Below are positions 7,541-15,904 of a DNA stretch of 32,000 nt, piece after piece. The DNA is taken from assembly GCF_018336915.1 (NCBI RefSeq), contig NZ_CP064923.1:1260001-1292000 (forward strand), written 5' to 3'. The notes under the pieces are model-generated. The model was not told the DNA's origin. It saw nothing but the letters and a program-made list of their open reading frames with translations, and ran no database searches. The stretch is from Acaryochloris marina S15 (GTDB lineage: Bacteria > Cyanobacteriota > Cyanobacteriia > Thermosynechococcales > Thermosynechococcaceae). A program made the translations under genes and the position numbers. Each line of letters starts with the position of its first letter. Position 1 is the stretch's first letter.

Positions 7541-9778
7541 CTACTTTACCTTGGCCCGGAATTTTAATGCGCCATAGGAAGTGGTAGGGGTTCCTGGAGC
7601 AGTCGATTCAGGTAGATTTCCTAAATTGATCACCACGGCACCATTGTCTTCTGCTTGGGCAGGGGCATTATCACAAGCAGCAGGGAGGGTTGAACCAGGT
7701 GGATAATACTGCGCTGTATCACCATCGGCATCATTGGTATAAGACAAGGGGGTGCCGTTATACTCCACTGCAATGCCTCGATTAGCCCCTACACCACCGC
7801 TGGGAGCTGGGGTTACCGAGTTATAAGCGTCTGGGATAAAAGTCTGAAAGCTGGGGACTTTATCGCATAACTGAACATCTACTGCGGCTTTATCACCTGT
7901 GGATAAGAAATAAATGGTGTACTCAATCTCATCTCCCGGTCGTGTTTCACCCCCATTGGTCGCACCGAGTAGATAGGTGCTGGGAGTTGGCCAATATTCT
8001 GTATCTAGAGGCGTCGGTTCAGGACTATCGAGGGTATTGTCATCGTACGGGTAGTTGGGATCATCAACATAGACATTGAGATTGGTACTGCCATTGGTGG
8101 TGAGGCCATTGACCCGGGTAATGCGCTTAACCAACAACACATTGGGGTTATTGGTGACAGGTGTATCGGTCGTTTCGATAACTAATGGCGTGGTACTACT
8201 ACTGCTGTTGCCGAAAACATAAGTATCGATATGCCGGAGGTTCCCAAATCCACCTGAGCTGAAATTACCCCAGGTGTGCTTACCCGCAGGGGTATTGGAG
8301 AGTGCACCGTTGGGTAACGTCGTGGTCGCACCAGCAGGATTCCCTAGACCCGTAATATCATCCCAATAGACCAGGGTATTACTGGTGTTCGTATTCGAAG
8401 ATGCTCGAAAAATCGTGAGGCCATTTTGTGCGCCACCTCCGCTGGTTTCAGCATCCGTTGCGACAAAGTGATATTCACCCAGTCTGGCTTGCACCTGAGC
8501 GCTGTAATTTCCGACTGGTAGGGTATTGCCGTTAGCATCTTTACCATCCCACTCAACCGATGTCTCCGCATTGGCTTGAGTTGTGCCTAGCAGGAGTACA
8601 TCCCCGGGACCATAGACGCCATCTGGGCCATTGCCATTGCCATCATCTGTGTCAATGATGATGCCATAGGTGCCATCAACGTTACTGGTAAATTTGAAGA
8701 AGCCCGTATCTTGTACACCTGGAGTTGCCGTTGGCGAGAACGTAAAATCAACCCCAGCACTGTCTTCGAATCGTAGATTGGAAATAACTGGGGATTGGGC
8801 GGGGGGTGGACCAATATTGAGGGTTGGATAGCTGAGATAGACCTTATATTGAGGAGTAGCAGAGTTCCCACTGATAGGAACACTCAAACCCGCAACATTG
8901 TTACCCGCAGCATTGGGGGAATCCACCCCCAGCTCATTGGCAATAATCTCGTAGGCAAAACCTGCAAAATTATTCAGGTCCAATTGCCAGACAAAGTTGG
9001 TATTGGGGAAGCCGCCGGGAACTGGAACGTAATAGTTCGTGTCTGCAGCAGAGGCTGAGTTAAATGAATTACCTCGAAACCCCCACACATAAGTCCAGAG
9101 ACGCCCCTGATTGAGTCTAGGATCTGGATCTGTTGCAGTGTCTGGGGTGAGGGTGATATCAAAACGGTTCAGCGTACCATTATTCCCATTTTGAGAGGTG
9201 TTGAACAAGCGGATCTCATACGTACCAGCCCCTTGTCCACCTGCGGCACTATCAGAGTCATACCGAACTAGCGGGTTGGTAATGACACCATTCATATCAC
9301 TAGTGCAAGAAATATTGTTACCAACAGAGCCAGTATCTGCGACTTTAGTGCCTAGAGGGGGAAGGGTCGTGAACTCATTAAAGGTTCCGGGAGGATGGTA
9401 ATAAATTTCTACTTCAACTGAATCAGCATTACCCCGTCCACAGGCAGAGACGTTAATGACTTCCCCAGCCTGAACGTCAACATACAATGGTCTATCCTTC
9501 TGGGTGATGCCTGAAGAAGAAGCACCACTATAGGTCGAATCATACTCTAGCAAGCCTTGAAATTGAGTAGGGACAGAGTTGGTTTCATCGCGAAGTTCAA
9601 GCTGATAGGAACCTTCTGCCAGAGCTTTAGAGGGTACCCACAACATTCCCAGGGTTGTCCCTGCCAGGGCTACTTTGGTGATCCAAGATGGGACCCGAAG
9701 GTACGTTCGATTCTTGTTTGATGTTGAAAAATTTTGATGAGAATTTAGTTTTCTCGCAATTGCATAAAGGTGGTTCAT
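7541..9778 (-). CDS. Secreted adhesin-like protein (gene F) with FlgD-Ig-like segment and shared C-terminal DUF11-like module
   Basis: ATG at 9778 (MNHLYAIARKL...); the track start at 9817 is a TTG. Long signal sequence ends ...VALAGTTLGMLWVPSKALA. Contains a VEWDGKDANGNTLPVGNYSAQVQA motif (FlgD Ig-like pattern). Last 203 aa are paralogous to gene G. Confidence 0.85.
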   Translation of the reverse strand: MNHLYAIARKLNSHQNFSTSNKNRTYLRVPSWITKVALAGTTLGMLWVPSKALAEGSYQLELRDETNSVPTQFQGLLEYDSTYSGASSSGITQKDRPLYVDVQAGEVINVSACGRGNADSVEVEIYYHPPGTFNEFTTLPPLGTKVADTGSVGNNISCTSDMNGVITNPLVRYDSDSAAGGQGAGTYEIRLFNTSQNGNNGTLNRFDITLTPDTATDPDPRLNQGRLWTYVWGFRGNSFNSASAADTNYYVPVPGGFPNTNFVWQLDLNNFAGFAYEIIANELGVDSPNAAGNNVAGLSVPISGNSATPQYKVYLSYPTLNIGPPPAQSPVISNLRFEDSAGVDFTFSPTATPGVQDTGFFKFTSNVDGTYGIIIDTDDGNGNGPDGVYGPGDVLLLGTTQANAETSVEWDGKDANGNTLPVGNYSAQVQARLGEYHFVATDAETSGGGAQNGLTIFRASSNTNTSNTLVYWDDITGLGNPAGATTTLPNGALSNTPAGKHTWGNFSSGGFGNLRHIDTYVFGNSSSSTTPLVIETTDTPVTNNPNVLLVKRITRVNGLTTNGSTNLNVYVDDPNYPYDDNTLDSPEPTPLDTEYWPTPSTYLLGATNGGETRPGDEIEYTIYFLSTGDKAAVDVQLCDKVPSFQTFIPDAYNSVTPAPSGGVGANRGIAVEYNGTPLSYTNDADGDTAQYYPPGSTLPAACDNAPAQAEDNGAVVINLGNLPESTAPGTPTTSYGALKFRAKVK
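7544..8152 (-). repeat. Copy 2 of the shared 203-aa C-terminal module (in gene F)
   Basis: NNPNVLLVKRITRVNG...SYGALKFRAKVK. Both Cys (FCDKVP/LCDKVP and AVCDNAP/AACDNAP) are conserved between copies. The DNA copies differ at many third-codon positions. Confidence 0.9.
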
Positions 9779-9919
9779 AATTCTAACAGAGGAAAATGGA
9801 GACGTTCTACCACCCAAATCGAGCCTTAACCAGAATTATTCACAGTTGATATAAGCATTCATGAGGAAAGTCCTAACAGCAGCCTGAAATAGGCTAGTGT
9901 AGGGCTCCACACAAATGGC

Positions 9920-9938
9920 TTTCGAGAACTTCTCGAAA
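9920..9938. promoter_or_regulatory. 19-nt palindrome (9-bp arms, 1-nt centre) between genes E and F
   Basis: tttcgagaa-c-ttctcgaaa. It lies 55 nt downstream of the gene E stop and about 140 nt upstream of the gene F ATG. It could be a terminator stem or a dimeric-regulator operator. Confidence 0.3.
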
Positions 9939-9992
9939 TCGTCGTGAATAATTCAGTTAAGGGGAATTAAGCAATTTAGGTTTTATGTTTGG

Positions 9993-11693
9993 CTACTTAA
10001 GGTCTATTACGACCGCATTGCGGGCCGGTTCAGACGTTCCATAGTCAGGGTGAATTGCGATCGCACTGAATCGATCACCTGCATTGGCATCCGTGAGAGT
10101 GATGGCAAACCGCCCCTCTTCATCGGATTTGACCATGGTCACTGGCTCATTGAGAGGACCTTGCTTACCCTCTTCCATGACCTTGTACAGCACAATTTCT
10201 GTCCCTGGATCGGCTTCCCCATCTAGGTTGACCGCCCCCTCCATTAAATAAAATTCGGAGCTGAGAAACTGAGGCGTATTAAGGCCTCGGTTGGCGGTAT
10301 CGCGCTTACGTTGGTCTGAATTGCGTAAGGGATTTGGACCATCCCCTACTTGGTAGTCTTGCACTCTAGTATTGGATCGAGACGCTAAGTCCACGCGGTT
10401 GATGGAGATGCGAGAGAAGCGGTCGAGAAAACGGTTTTCGCGAGCAATCAAATCGATGCTGAGGCCGTCAAGATTGGCAAATCGATTGTCGAGGATAAAG
10501 TTGCGCTGGCTCGTGGGATAGGAGGTGATTACAACACCCGGACCCGGTTGGTCTTGGATGGTGTTGTTGACGACATGGTGATTGTCACCCATCAGCAGGA
10601 TGGCGGCCCGACGGAATCGTTGGCCATTGTCGGCGATCAGATTTTTCTCAATCATGACCGACCCTTCGGGCTTGAAAAGGTAAACAGCGCTGCCCGCATT
10701 CTGTTGAATCTGGTTGGTATGGATTTTGGTGCCATCAATATCGCCTTCTAGGCGGATGGCATCGGGCATGCCGGCCAAGCCATTCTGTTCAATGATGTTG
10801 TTGGCAATCTCAGTTTGTTCGGCGCGGACGCTGGTAATCACGGCGCTACCGTCGTGATGGGCAATCTGGTTGTTGAGAATGCGCGTGCCAATGGCGTTGT
10901 AGATGGAGACCCCAAAGGCGGATCGAGAACCGGTAGGGGCTGTGCCTTGGGGCGTAATTCCTAAATAGCTATCCTCAATGAGAATTCCTTGGGGGGGAAG
11001 ATCCCGCTCGTCATCGTAGGGATAGGTGACTTGGGGGTTATCTTCTTTAAGACGTTTGGAAGGCAGAAGCCGATGGGCAATAAAAATATCTGCAGGGGGG
11101 GTTGTGGCAGTGGTTTGATGGATGGAGGTAAATCCATAGAGACTCAAGGCTCTGACATGGACCTTATCCGCTGCGAGGGTTAATCCCCGAAAGACTTCTG
11201 TATCCTCGGCTGGGGTCAGGGCAACTACAGGGGCAGGGGCACTGGCATCCCCCTCGGCGAGGGTATAGCCAGCTTGGCTAGTGCCATCAATTAATAGACC
11301 GGGGTTAGTGACGGTGGGCAGCAGGGCCTGCAGGCGAATCGTGGTGTTGTCCCTAGGTAAGTCAAAATCAATCCGGCTATGATCTGTGCTAGGAGTGATT
11401 TGAGCCCGTTCTGCTTCACTCAGGTCGCCTTTGTTAAGCACGCCGTTGGTAATTGCGATCGCTTCTCTTAAGGTAACCACCTCATCGGCCTTAATTTCGC
11501 CATCTAAAGGACTATTAACCGTGACTTGCACCGGAGCAGTAGTCGCTCTAACGGTCTGCGCATGGGCATTTTGGTAAGTACTGATTAGCCCTGCGATGGC
11601 CAGGAAAGAGGTTAAGGAAGCCCAGGCAATAGCCATTCCTGAAGATGGATGGGGAAGGCGGGGAGTTGATTGGAGCGTGCCGCGAGATTTCAT
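9993..11693 (-). CDS. Secreted right-handed parallel beta-helix repeat protein (gene E)
   Basis: ATG at 11693 (MKSRGTLQSTPRLPHPSSGMAIAWASLTSFLAIAGLISTYQNAHA). N-terminal LREAIAITNG...IDFDL...IRLQALLPTV...IDG block. It then has repeated I-x-N-N-x-I turns (ILNNQIAHHDGSAV, IANNIIEQNG, IHTNQIQQNAGSAV, IEKNLIADNG, VVNNTIQDQPGPGV, ILDNRFANLDG). The C-terminus is Ig-like (EIVLYKV...DEEGRFAITL). Confidence 0.8.
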   Translation of the reverse strand: MKSRGTLQSTPRLPHPSSGMAIAWASLTSFLAIAGLISTYQNAHAQTVRATTAPVQVTVNSPLDGEIKADEVVTLREAIAITNGVLNKGDLSEAERAQITPSTDHSRIDFDLPRDNTTIRLQALLPTVTNPGLLIDGTSQAGYTLAEGDASAPAPVVALTPAEDTEVFRGLTLAADKVHVRALSLYGFTSIHQTTATTPPADIFIAHRLLPSKRLKEDNPQVTYPYDDERDLPPQGILIEDSYLGITPQGTAPTGSRSAFGVSIYNAIGTRILNNQIAHHDGSAVITSVRAEQTEIANNIIEQNGLAGMPDAIRLEGDIDGTKIHTNQIQQNAGSAVYLFKPEGSVMIEKNLIADNGQRFRRAAILLMGDNHHVVNNTIQDQPGPGVVITSYPTSQRNFILDNRFANLDGLSIDLIARENRFLDRFSRISINRVDLASRSNTRVQDYQVGDGPNPLRNSDQRKRDTANRGLNTPQFLSSEFYLMEGAVNLDGEADPGTEIVLYKVMEEGKQGPLNEPVTMVKSDEEGRFAITLTDANAGDRFSAIAIHPDYGTSEPARNAVVIDLK

Positions 11694-11725
11694 TATTACC
11701 TCTTGGGGATACAAACTAGGTAGGG

Positions 11726-11763
11726 ATTTAATAGGTGTGATGTCATTTAATAGGTGTGATGTC
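11726..11763. repeat. Perfect tandem direct repeat, 2 x 19 bp (atttaataggtgtgatgtc)
   Basis: Units at 11726-11744 and 11745-11763 are identical. They lie between the gene D hairpin and the gene E start codon. They share the 13-nt core ttaataggtgtga with both arms of the 3575-3621 hairpin. Confidence 0.9.
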
Positions 11764-11771
11764 GGAGATAG

Positions 11772-11809
11772 CACTAAACCTGTCGTTCAGAAGAATGACA
11801 GGTTTAGTG
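11772..11809 (-). terminator. 13-bp perfect stem hairpin immediately after gene D
   Basis: cactaaacctgtc (11772-11784) pairs with gacaggtttagtg (11797-11809), with a 12-nt loop. It begins 7 nt after the gene D stop codon (11816-11818). No clear U-tract follows. Confidence 0.5.
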
Positions 11810-11815
11810 GTTCAG

Positions 11816-14800
11816 CTATCGGACGACTTCAAAACTGGGTTGAGTTTGGGACGCTGCTGGCTCCACGACAACCTCGGGTTCAGACTTGGTATCCACGAGT
11901 TCAGCCTTAGGCTTGGAGACTTTAACTTCAGGCTTAGACTTAACTTCAGGCTTGGAAACGTTCGCTTCAGAGGGAGAAGCAGGGTTTGAAGCTTCTTGGA
12001 CCTGGCCGTTATCTGGTGCAGACTCTTGCTGCTGCGGGGGCGCTACCTTATTTTCACCGAAGCCAAAATCATCAAAGAGATTGTTGTCTAGCTTCAGGGT
12101 GACGCCAAAGTAAGGACCGCTGGCAGAGCGAGAGTTACCAAAGTCACGGTCTCCCACATCTCCAAAAGCGTATCCAGCCGCCAATCGTAAGTTGGGATTG
12201 AGGTAGTAACCGACTTCCGCAGAAGCGCCCACCTCATTAAACCCAGTACTATTTTGGCGAATCCAGCGAACTTCACCGCCAATATCCCAACGGTAGCTAA
12301 TTCGATAGGTGGCCCGCATTTGAGCCAAGGAAATGCTACTAGTGCCGATTAAATCCTGAGCCAGGTAAGACTTGCTATGTCGCCAGCCAAACTTGCCGTA
12401 GAGTTCCCAGCGCCAGTTGGGGGCATAGATAGCCTCTGCTGAGATCAGATGATCCGTGGAGCCGGTGCCGTTGGCAAATAGTAAGGTATCAGGAATCGTG
12501 GAGGGATTCTCGCGATACTCATAGCGGAGTAAGGCGTTGAACTTATCACTATCGGGATTCCGATAGGCCACACCCACTTTCAAGTCTCGGGTTGTACCCA
12601 ACCCAGCCAGGGTTTGGTTCGAAGCACTAGCTTGTTGGTAGCTGGCCAAAACCGTGAGGTCACGGGTGGCTCGACCCAAGGCATTGGCTGTGATGATGGT
12701 ATTGCTGCCCTGAGCGGTATCACTGTACTCAAAACGAGCATTGGCTTGGAAATCAGGGTTGTCTGTATAGGCTAAACCGAGGCTAAAGCTATCGCCGGGG
12801 GTTAAGCCCAAGGCGGAAGCACCAGACCCTAAAGCAAAGGGTTGGGCAAACTGTTGACTGGCAGCGGTTTGTTGCAATGCAGTGTTAAATACATGCTCGT
12901 AGGAGAAATCAGCCCGGAGACCGGGAGCGATGGTCAAGCCCTGCTCAACCCCGAAGTAACCGGCCATGCCCAAGTCACCCATCATGGAGAATTGGCCCCG
13001 AAGGGTGGTATCCGTGGAGAAGGTATGTTGTCCGGCGATATCTAGACTAGTAATAAAGTCATCATCAAACTGGCCCCCGGTCAAGTAGGTGTTATTCAGA
13101 CCAATGGTGACCCCAGGATAAACCTCATATTCCAGACCCACCGAGGTGCGGTTGGGATAAATGGGATCAATTTCCGAAGAGAAGGTGGTCTCGTTCAAGG
13201 CCCGCAAGGTCAGTTTCCGCGTGATCGGTATCCGGGCGGTAGAGCGAATTTGGTCAGTGGTGATGTCCTGGCCCGTGAGACGATCCGTGCGATCGCGTCG
13301 GACGTAGTCCAGACTTACTTCAGAATCGCCGATCCGCTGGAGAACCCCTGCCGTAATCGTGGTCAGAGAGTTATTAACGGGATTACCAGGAGTGGCGGAG
13401 AAACCGGGTTGAATTAAATCTTCAAACAGATCAAGCGGACGAGGCGCAACGCCAAAATTATCCTCATGGTCATAACTGGCTCGCAGCTTAGTATTCCGAG
13501 AGACCGCTGCTAGGACTTCTGCCCCGTAGCGCGTTTGCCCAGGAACAAAGCTAGTGGTGGCATTGTTGGAGAAGCCCACATCAGCCCGCTTAAAATAAGC
13601 TCGACCAGTAATGTCATCTGTCGGCTTCGCTTCAATTTCAACCCGGTAAGCATTGCCGCTCACCGGAGTGGCGAAATCAAGGGAATTATTAGAACGAGCA
13701 TATTCCGCAACTAGGTAGTTATCCTTGCCGAAGGAAACCAACGCATCAGCACCATAGAGTTCAAAGTCTTGGCTACCGCGATTTTCACGGAAATAGGTGG
13801 CCCCCACCCAGCTTTCCTGATCTAAGTTCCGAGAGAACGTATACTGGGCGCGACCACCGAAGGTATCGGTATCCGCATTTTCGCCTTCAAATTGGTAAGT
13901 GGTGACGATTCGGCGAACCAGCACATAGCCATCATCATCGACATCCGTGCGGAGAATCGGGCGTTGGAATTTCAACGTACCGCGATCATAATCTACTTCA
14001 TAGTCAGCCCCGCGACTTAACCGCTCTCGCTTCAATACAGTACCGGGGCGATTGAGTTCTTCCAGCTCTAGGTAAACTTGCTCACTCCCTGGAATCAGCA
14101 ACCGTCGAGATAAGAAATAAAATCCGCTAGTCCCATCGGGAGCAATGGTATCTCGCTGGAAGCCTTCAGTGTTATTGCCGTACAGTGCCGTGAGCTGCAG
14201 ATTACCGATGTTGTAATTGCCCTTAAAGCCATGTAAAGAGCGGCTGGTGGCGGTAAATAACTGAGACGAACGAGAAAATTCTTCCGTATTGTAATCACCC
14301 CACATGAAGTAATCACTGCCGGCACCGGGGACCGGTGAGGTCCGTTCTAACCGTACAAATAAGTTATCGGTGGACGGAGCCGTCACATCCGTGATTGAGT
14401 TATCCCCGTAGGTGGCGTAATTGTTGTAATCACATTCTGTCCCAGAGGCTTTGAACAGGGTCGTTTCGCCGTTGCAGTCCTCATTTAGGGGGCGAGCGCT
14501 ATTAAAGGCACCGGTCAATAACCAATCGCCAATGGAGGTAATACCAAAGGCTTGGGCACGAGCATCGACTTCATACCCATTGTCACCGTCTACAGGTAGG
14601 AACTCGCGGAAGCTGTCGTAAAAGTTGGTGCCCCGACGACCGATCCGGACATCTACAACCCCGGTTAACAGGGCCGAAGGCCGAATGGGAGTGGAAAACT
14701 GAAACTGATGGAACCCTTCCATATTGGCAGCGGTGGCCCGAACTCGCACCAACCCTGCACTAATGCTCGACTGTAAGTCAGCGGTGAATTTACCATCAAT

Positions 14801-15904
14801 GGCTTCCACCTGGAACCCAGGAACATCGGGTTTGTTATCGGTACCAACGAATTTTCCTGATGTGGCTTCTAGGGTGACAATCGCATCCCAGTTCGACTGG
14901 TTACCATTCGAGTCCAGCAAGTAACCCAAGACCTGAGCCGTGGACCGACCATCAGCAGGAACTTTGTTTTGAGCTGTGCGCACCTTAATCTGGGTAGGTT
15001 CACCAGGAACTTCTACCTGGATGGTGGCACTGGGGGTCTCTTGACCGACTTCGTTCACCGTAATGGTATTGACGCCTGCGTCTAGGATGACCCCATACCA
15101 GGTTTGCCGAGTTTTCTGAGTAGCAGAATTGGTCTCAGTTCGACCCACTTGAGCGCTATCAACAGTCTTACCATTGACCCGTAGCTCAACTTTTTGCTCC
15201 GTGCCAAATTCAATAATGACGGTTGCAGAAGGTTTATCAACAACGCTGCCTGGTCCAGGGGTCAGAATTGAAATGCCTGAAGCTGGCGTAGTCGCTGGAG
15301 CTTGAGCTGTTGTAGGTGCTTCAGAAGAAGCAGAAGCAGGTGTCTCAGGCACATCCGAAACTTGGGGCGTGTCCTTAAGGGGTGATGTTTGGGGCTGAGG
15401 TGTGGCAACCGCAGGTTGTGTTTTAGCGGCTGCCTCTTCAGCGATGGCTTCAGTTGTCACTGCTTCTTGTGGGATGGCTTCAGTGGCAACTGCATCTTCA
15501 GCGGGTTGATCACCAACGAGGAGTGTCTCTTGCGCCAGGCTTTCAGGGGCAGCTTCTGCAGCAGGAGTTATTTCCGCTTTAGGGGCAACTGGCTGGGGTT
15601 CCCTAGCGGTTGTTTGGGGTTCACTAACCGTCTGAGGTTCGCCAGCAATGCCAGAATCAGCCACGACCTCTTCGATAATAGGCTCTGGGGTAAGAGCTTC
15701 GTTAATGGACGGCTTTTCGACACTTAAGGTTGGTTCAGCTTGGCTAACGGATGGCTTTTCTGCACTCAGGGTTGATTCGTCTGCAGGCTTAACTTCTTCA
15801 ATGGCTTGGGCATTGGCCAGAGTAGGGGTTAAGACAACACTGGTGCCTGCGACAATTCCGAGAAGTCCAGTTTGCATCCACTGGGAAGAACGTTGATGTT
15901 TCAT
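11816..15904 (-). CDS. Giant predicted outer-membrane beta-barrel protein (gene D) with N-terminal Pro/Glu/Ala-rich spacer, two Ig-like domains and a C-terminal repeat tail
   Basis: Signal peptide MKHQRSSQWMQTGLLGIVAGTSVVLTPTLANA. Residues ~33-205 are P/E/A/T-rich low complexity. Residues ~211-300 are Ig-like. Residues ~301-403 are Big_1-like (VPADGRSTAQVLGYLLDSNGN...VTLEATSGKF...GLVRVRATA). Residues ~405-1282 show alternating amphipathic strand/turn patterns typical of OM barrels, ending ...YFGVTLKLDNNLFDDFGF. An ~80-aa tail follows with SKPEVK repeats. Confidence 0.8.
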   Translation of the reverse strand: MKHQRSSQWMQTGLLGIVAGTSVVLTPTLANAQAIEEVKPADESTLSAEKPSVSQAEPTLSVEKPSINEALTPEPIIEEVVADSGIAGEPQTVSEPQTTAREPQPVAPKAEITPAAEAAPESLAQETLLVGDQPAEDAVATEAIPQEAVTTEAIAEEAAAKTQPAVATPQPQTSPLKDTPQVSDVPETPASASSEAPTTAQAPATTPASGISILTPGPGSVVDKPSATVIIEFGTEQKVELRVNGKTVDSAQVGRTETNSATQKTRQTWYGVILDAGVNTITVNEVGQETPSATIQVEVPGEPTQIKVRTAQNKVPADGRSTAQVLGYLLDSNGNQSNWDAIVTLEATSGKFVGTDNKPDVPGFQVEAIDGKFTADLQSSISAGLVRVRATAANMEGFHQFQFSTPIRPSALLTGVVDVRIGRRGTNFYDSFREFLPVDGDNGYEVDARAQAFGITSIGDWLLTGAFNSARPLNEDCNGETTLFKASGTECDYNNYATYGDNSITDVTAPSTDNLFVRLERTSPVPGAGSDYFMWGDYNTEEFSRSSQLFTATSRSLHGFKGNYNIGNLQLTALYGNNTEGFQRDTIAPDGTSGFYFLSRRLLIPGSEQVYLELEELNRPGTVLKRERLSRGADYEVDYDRGTLKFQRPILRTDVDDDGYVLVRRIVTTYQFEGENADTDTFGGRAQYTFSRNLDQESWVGATYFRENRGSQDFELYGADALVSFGKDNYLVAEYARSNNSLDFATPVSGNAYRVEIEAKPTDDITGRAYFKRADVGFSNNATTSFVPGQTRYGAEVLAAVSRNTKLRASYDHEDNFGVAPRPLDLFEDLIQPGFSATPGNPVNNSLTTITAGVLQRIGDSEVSLDYVRRDRTDRLTGQDITTDQIRSTARIPITRKLTLRALNETTFSSEIDPIYPNRTSVGLEYEVYPGVTIGLNNTYLTGGQFDDDFITSLDIAGQHTFSTDTTLRGQFSMMGDLGMAGYFGVEQGLTIAPGLRADFSYEHVFNTALQQTAASQQFAQPFALGSGASALGLTPGDSFSLGLAYTDNPDFQANARFEYSDTAQGSNTIITANALGRATRDLTVLASYQQASASNQTLAGLGTTRDLKVGVAYRNPDSDKFNALLRYEYRENPSTIPDTLLFANGTGSTDHLISAEAIYAPNWRWELYGKFGWRHSKSYLAQDLIGTSSISLAQMRATYRISYRWDIGGEVRWIRQNSTGFNEVGASAEVGYYLNPNLRLAAGYAFGDVGDRDFGNSRSASGPYFGVTLKLDNNLFDDFGFGENKVAPPQQQESAPDNGQVQEASNPASPSEANVSKPEVKSKPEVKVSKPKAELVDTKSEPEVVVEPAASQTQPSFEVVR

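Noticed and set aside
10992-11101. Two G7 homopolymer tracts (10992-10998, 11095-11101; C7 on the coding strand of gene E) as possible slipped-strand phase-variation switches
   Set aside because: Each simply encodes Pro-Pro (CCC CCC C). Seven nt is at or below the usual threshold for contingency loci, and there is no evidence of variability from a single sequence.
11726-11763. Tandem 19-bp repeats as a possible minimal CRISPR array
   Set aside because: The two units are directly adjacent with no spacer. There are only two copies and no cas genes in the window.
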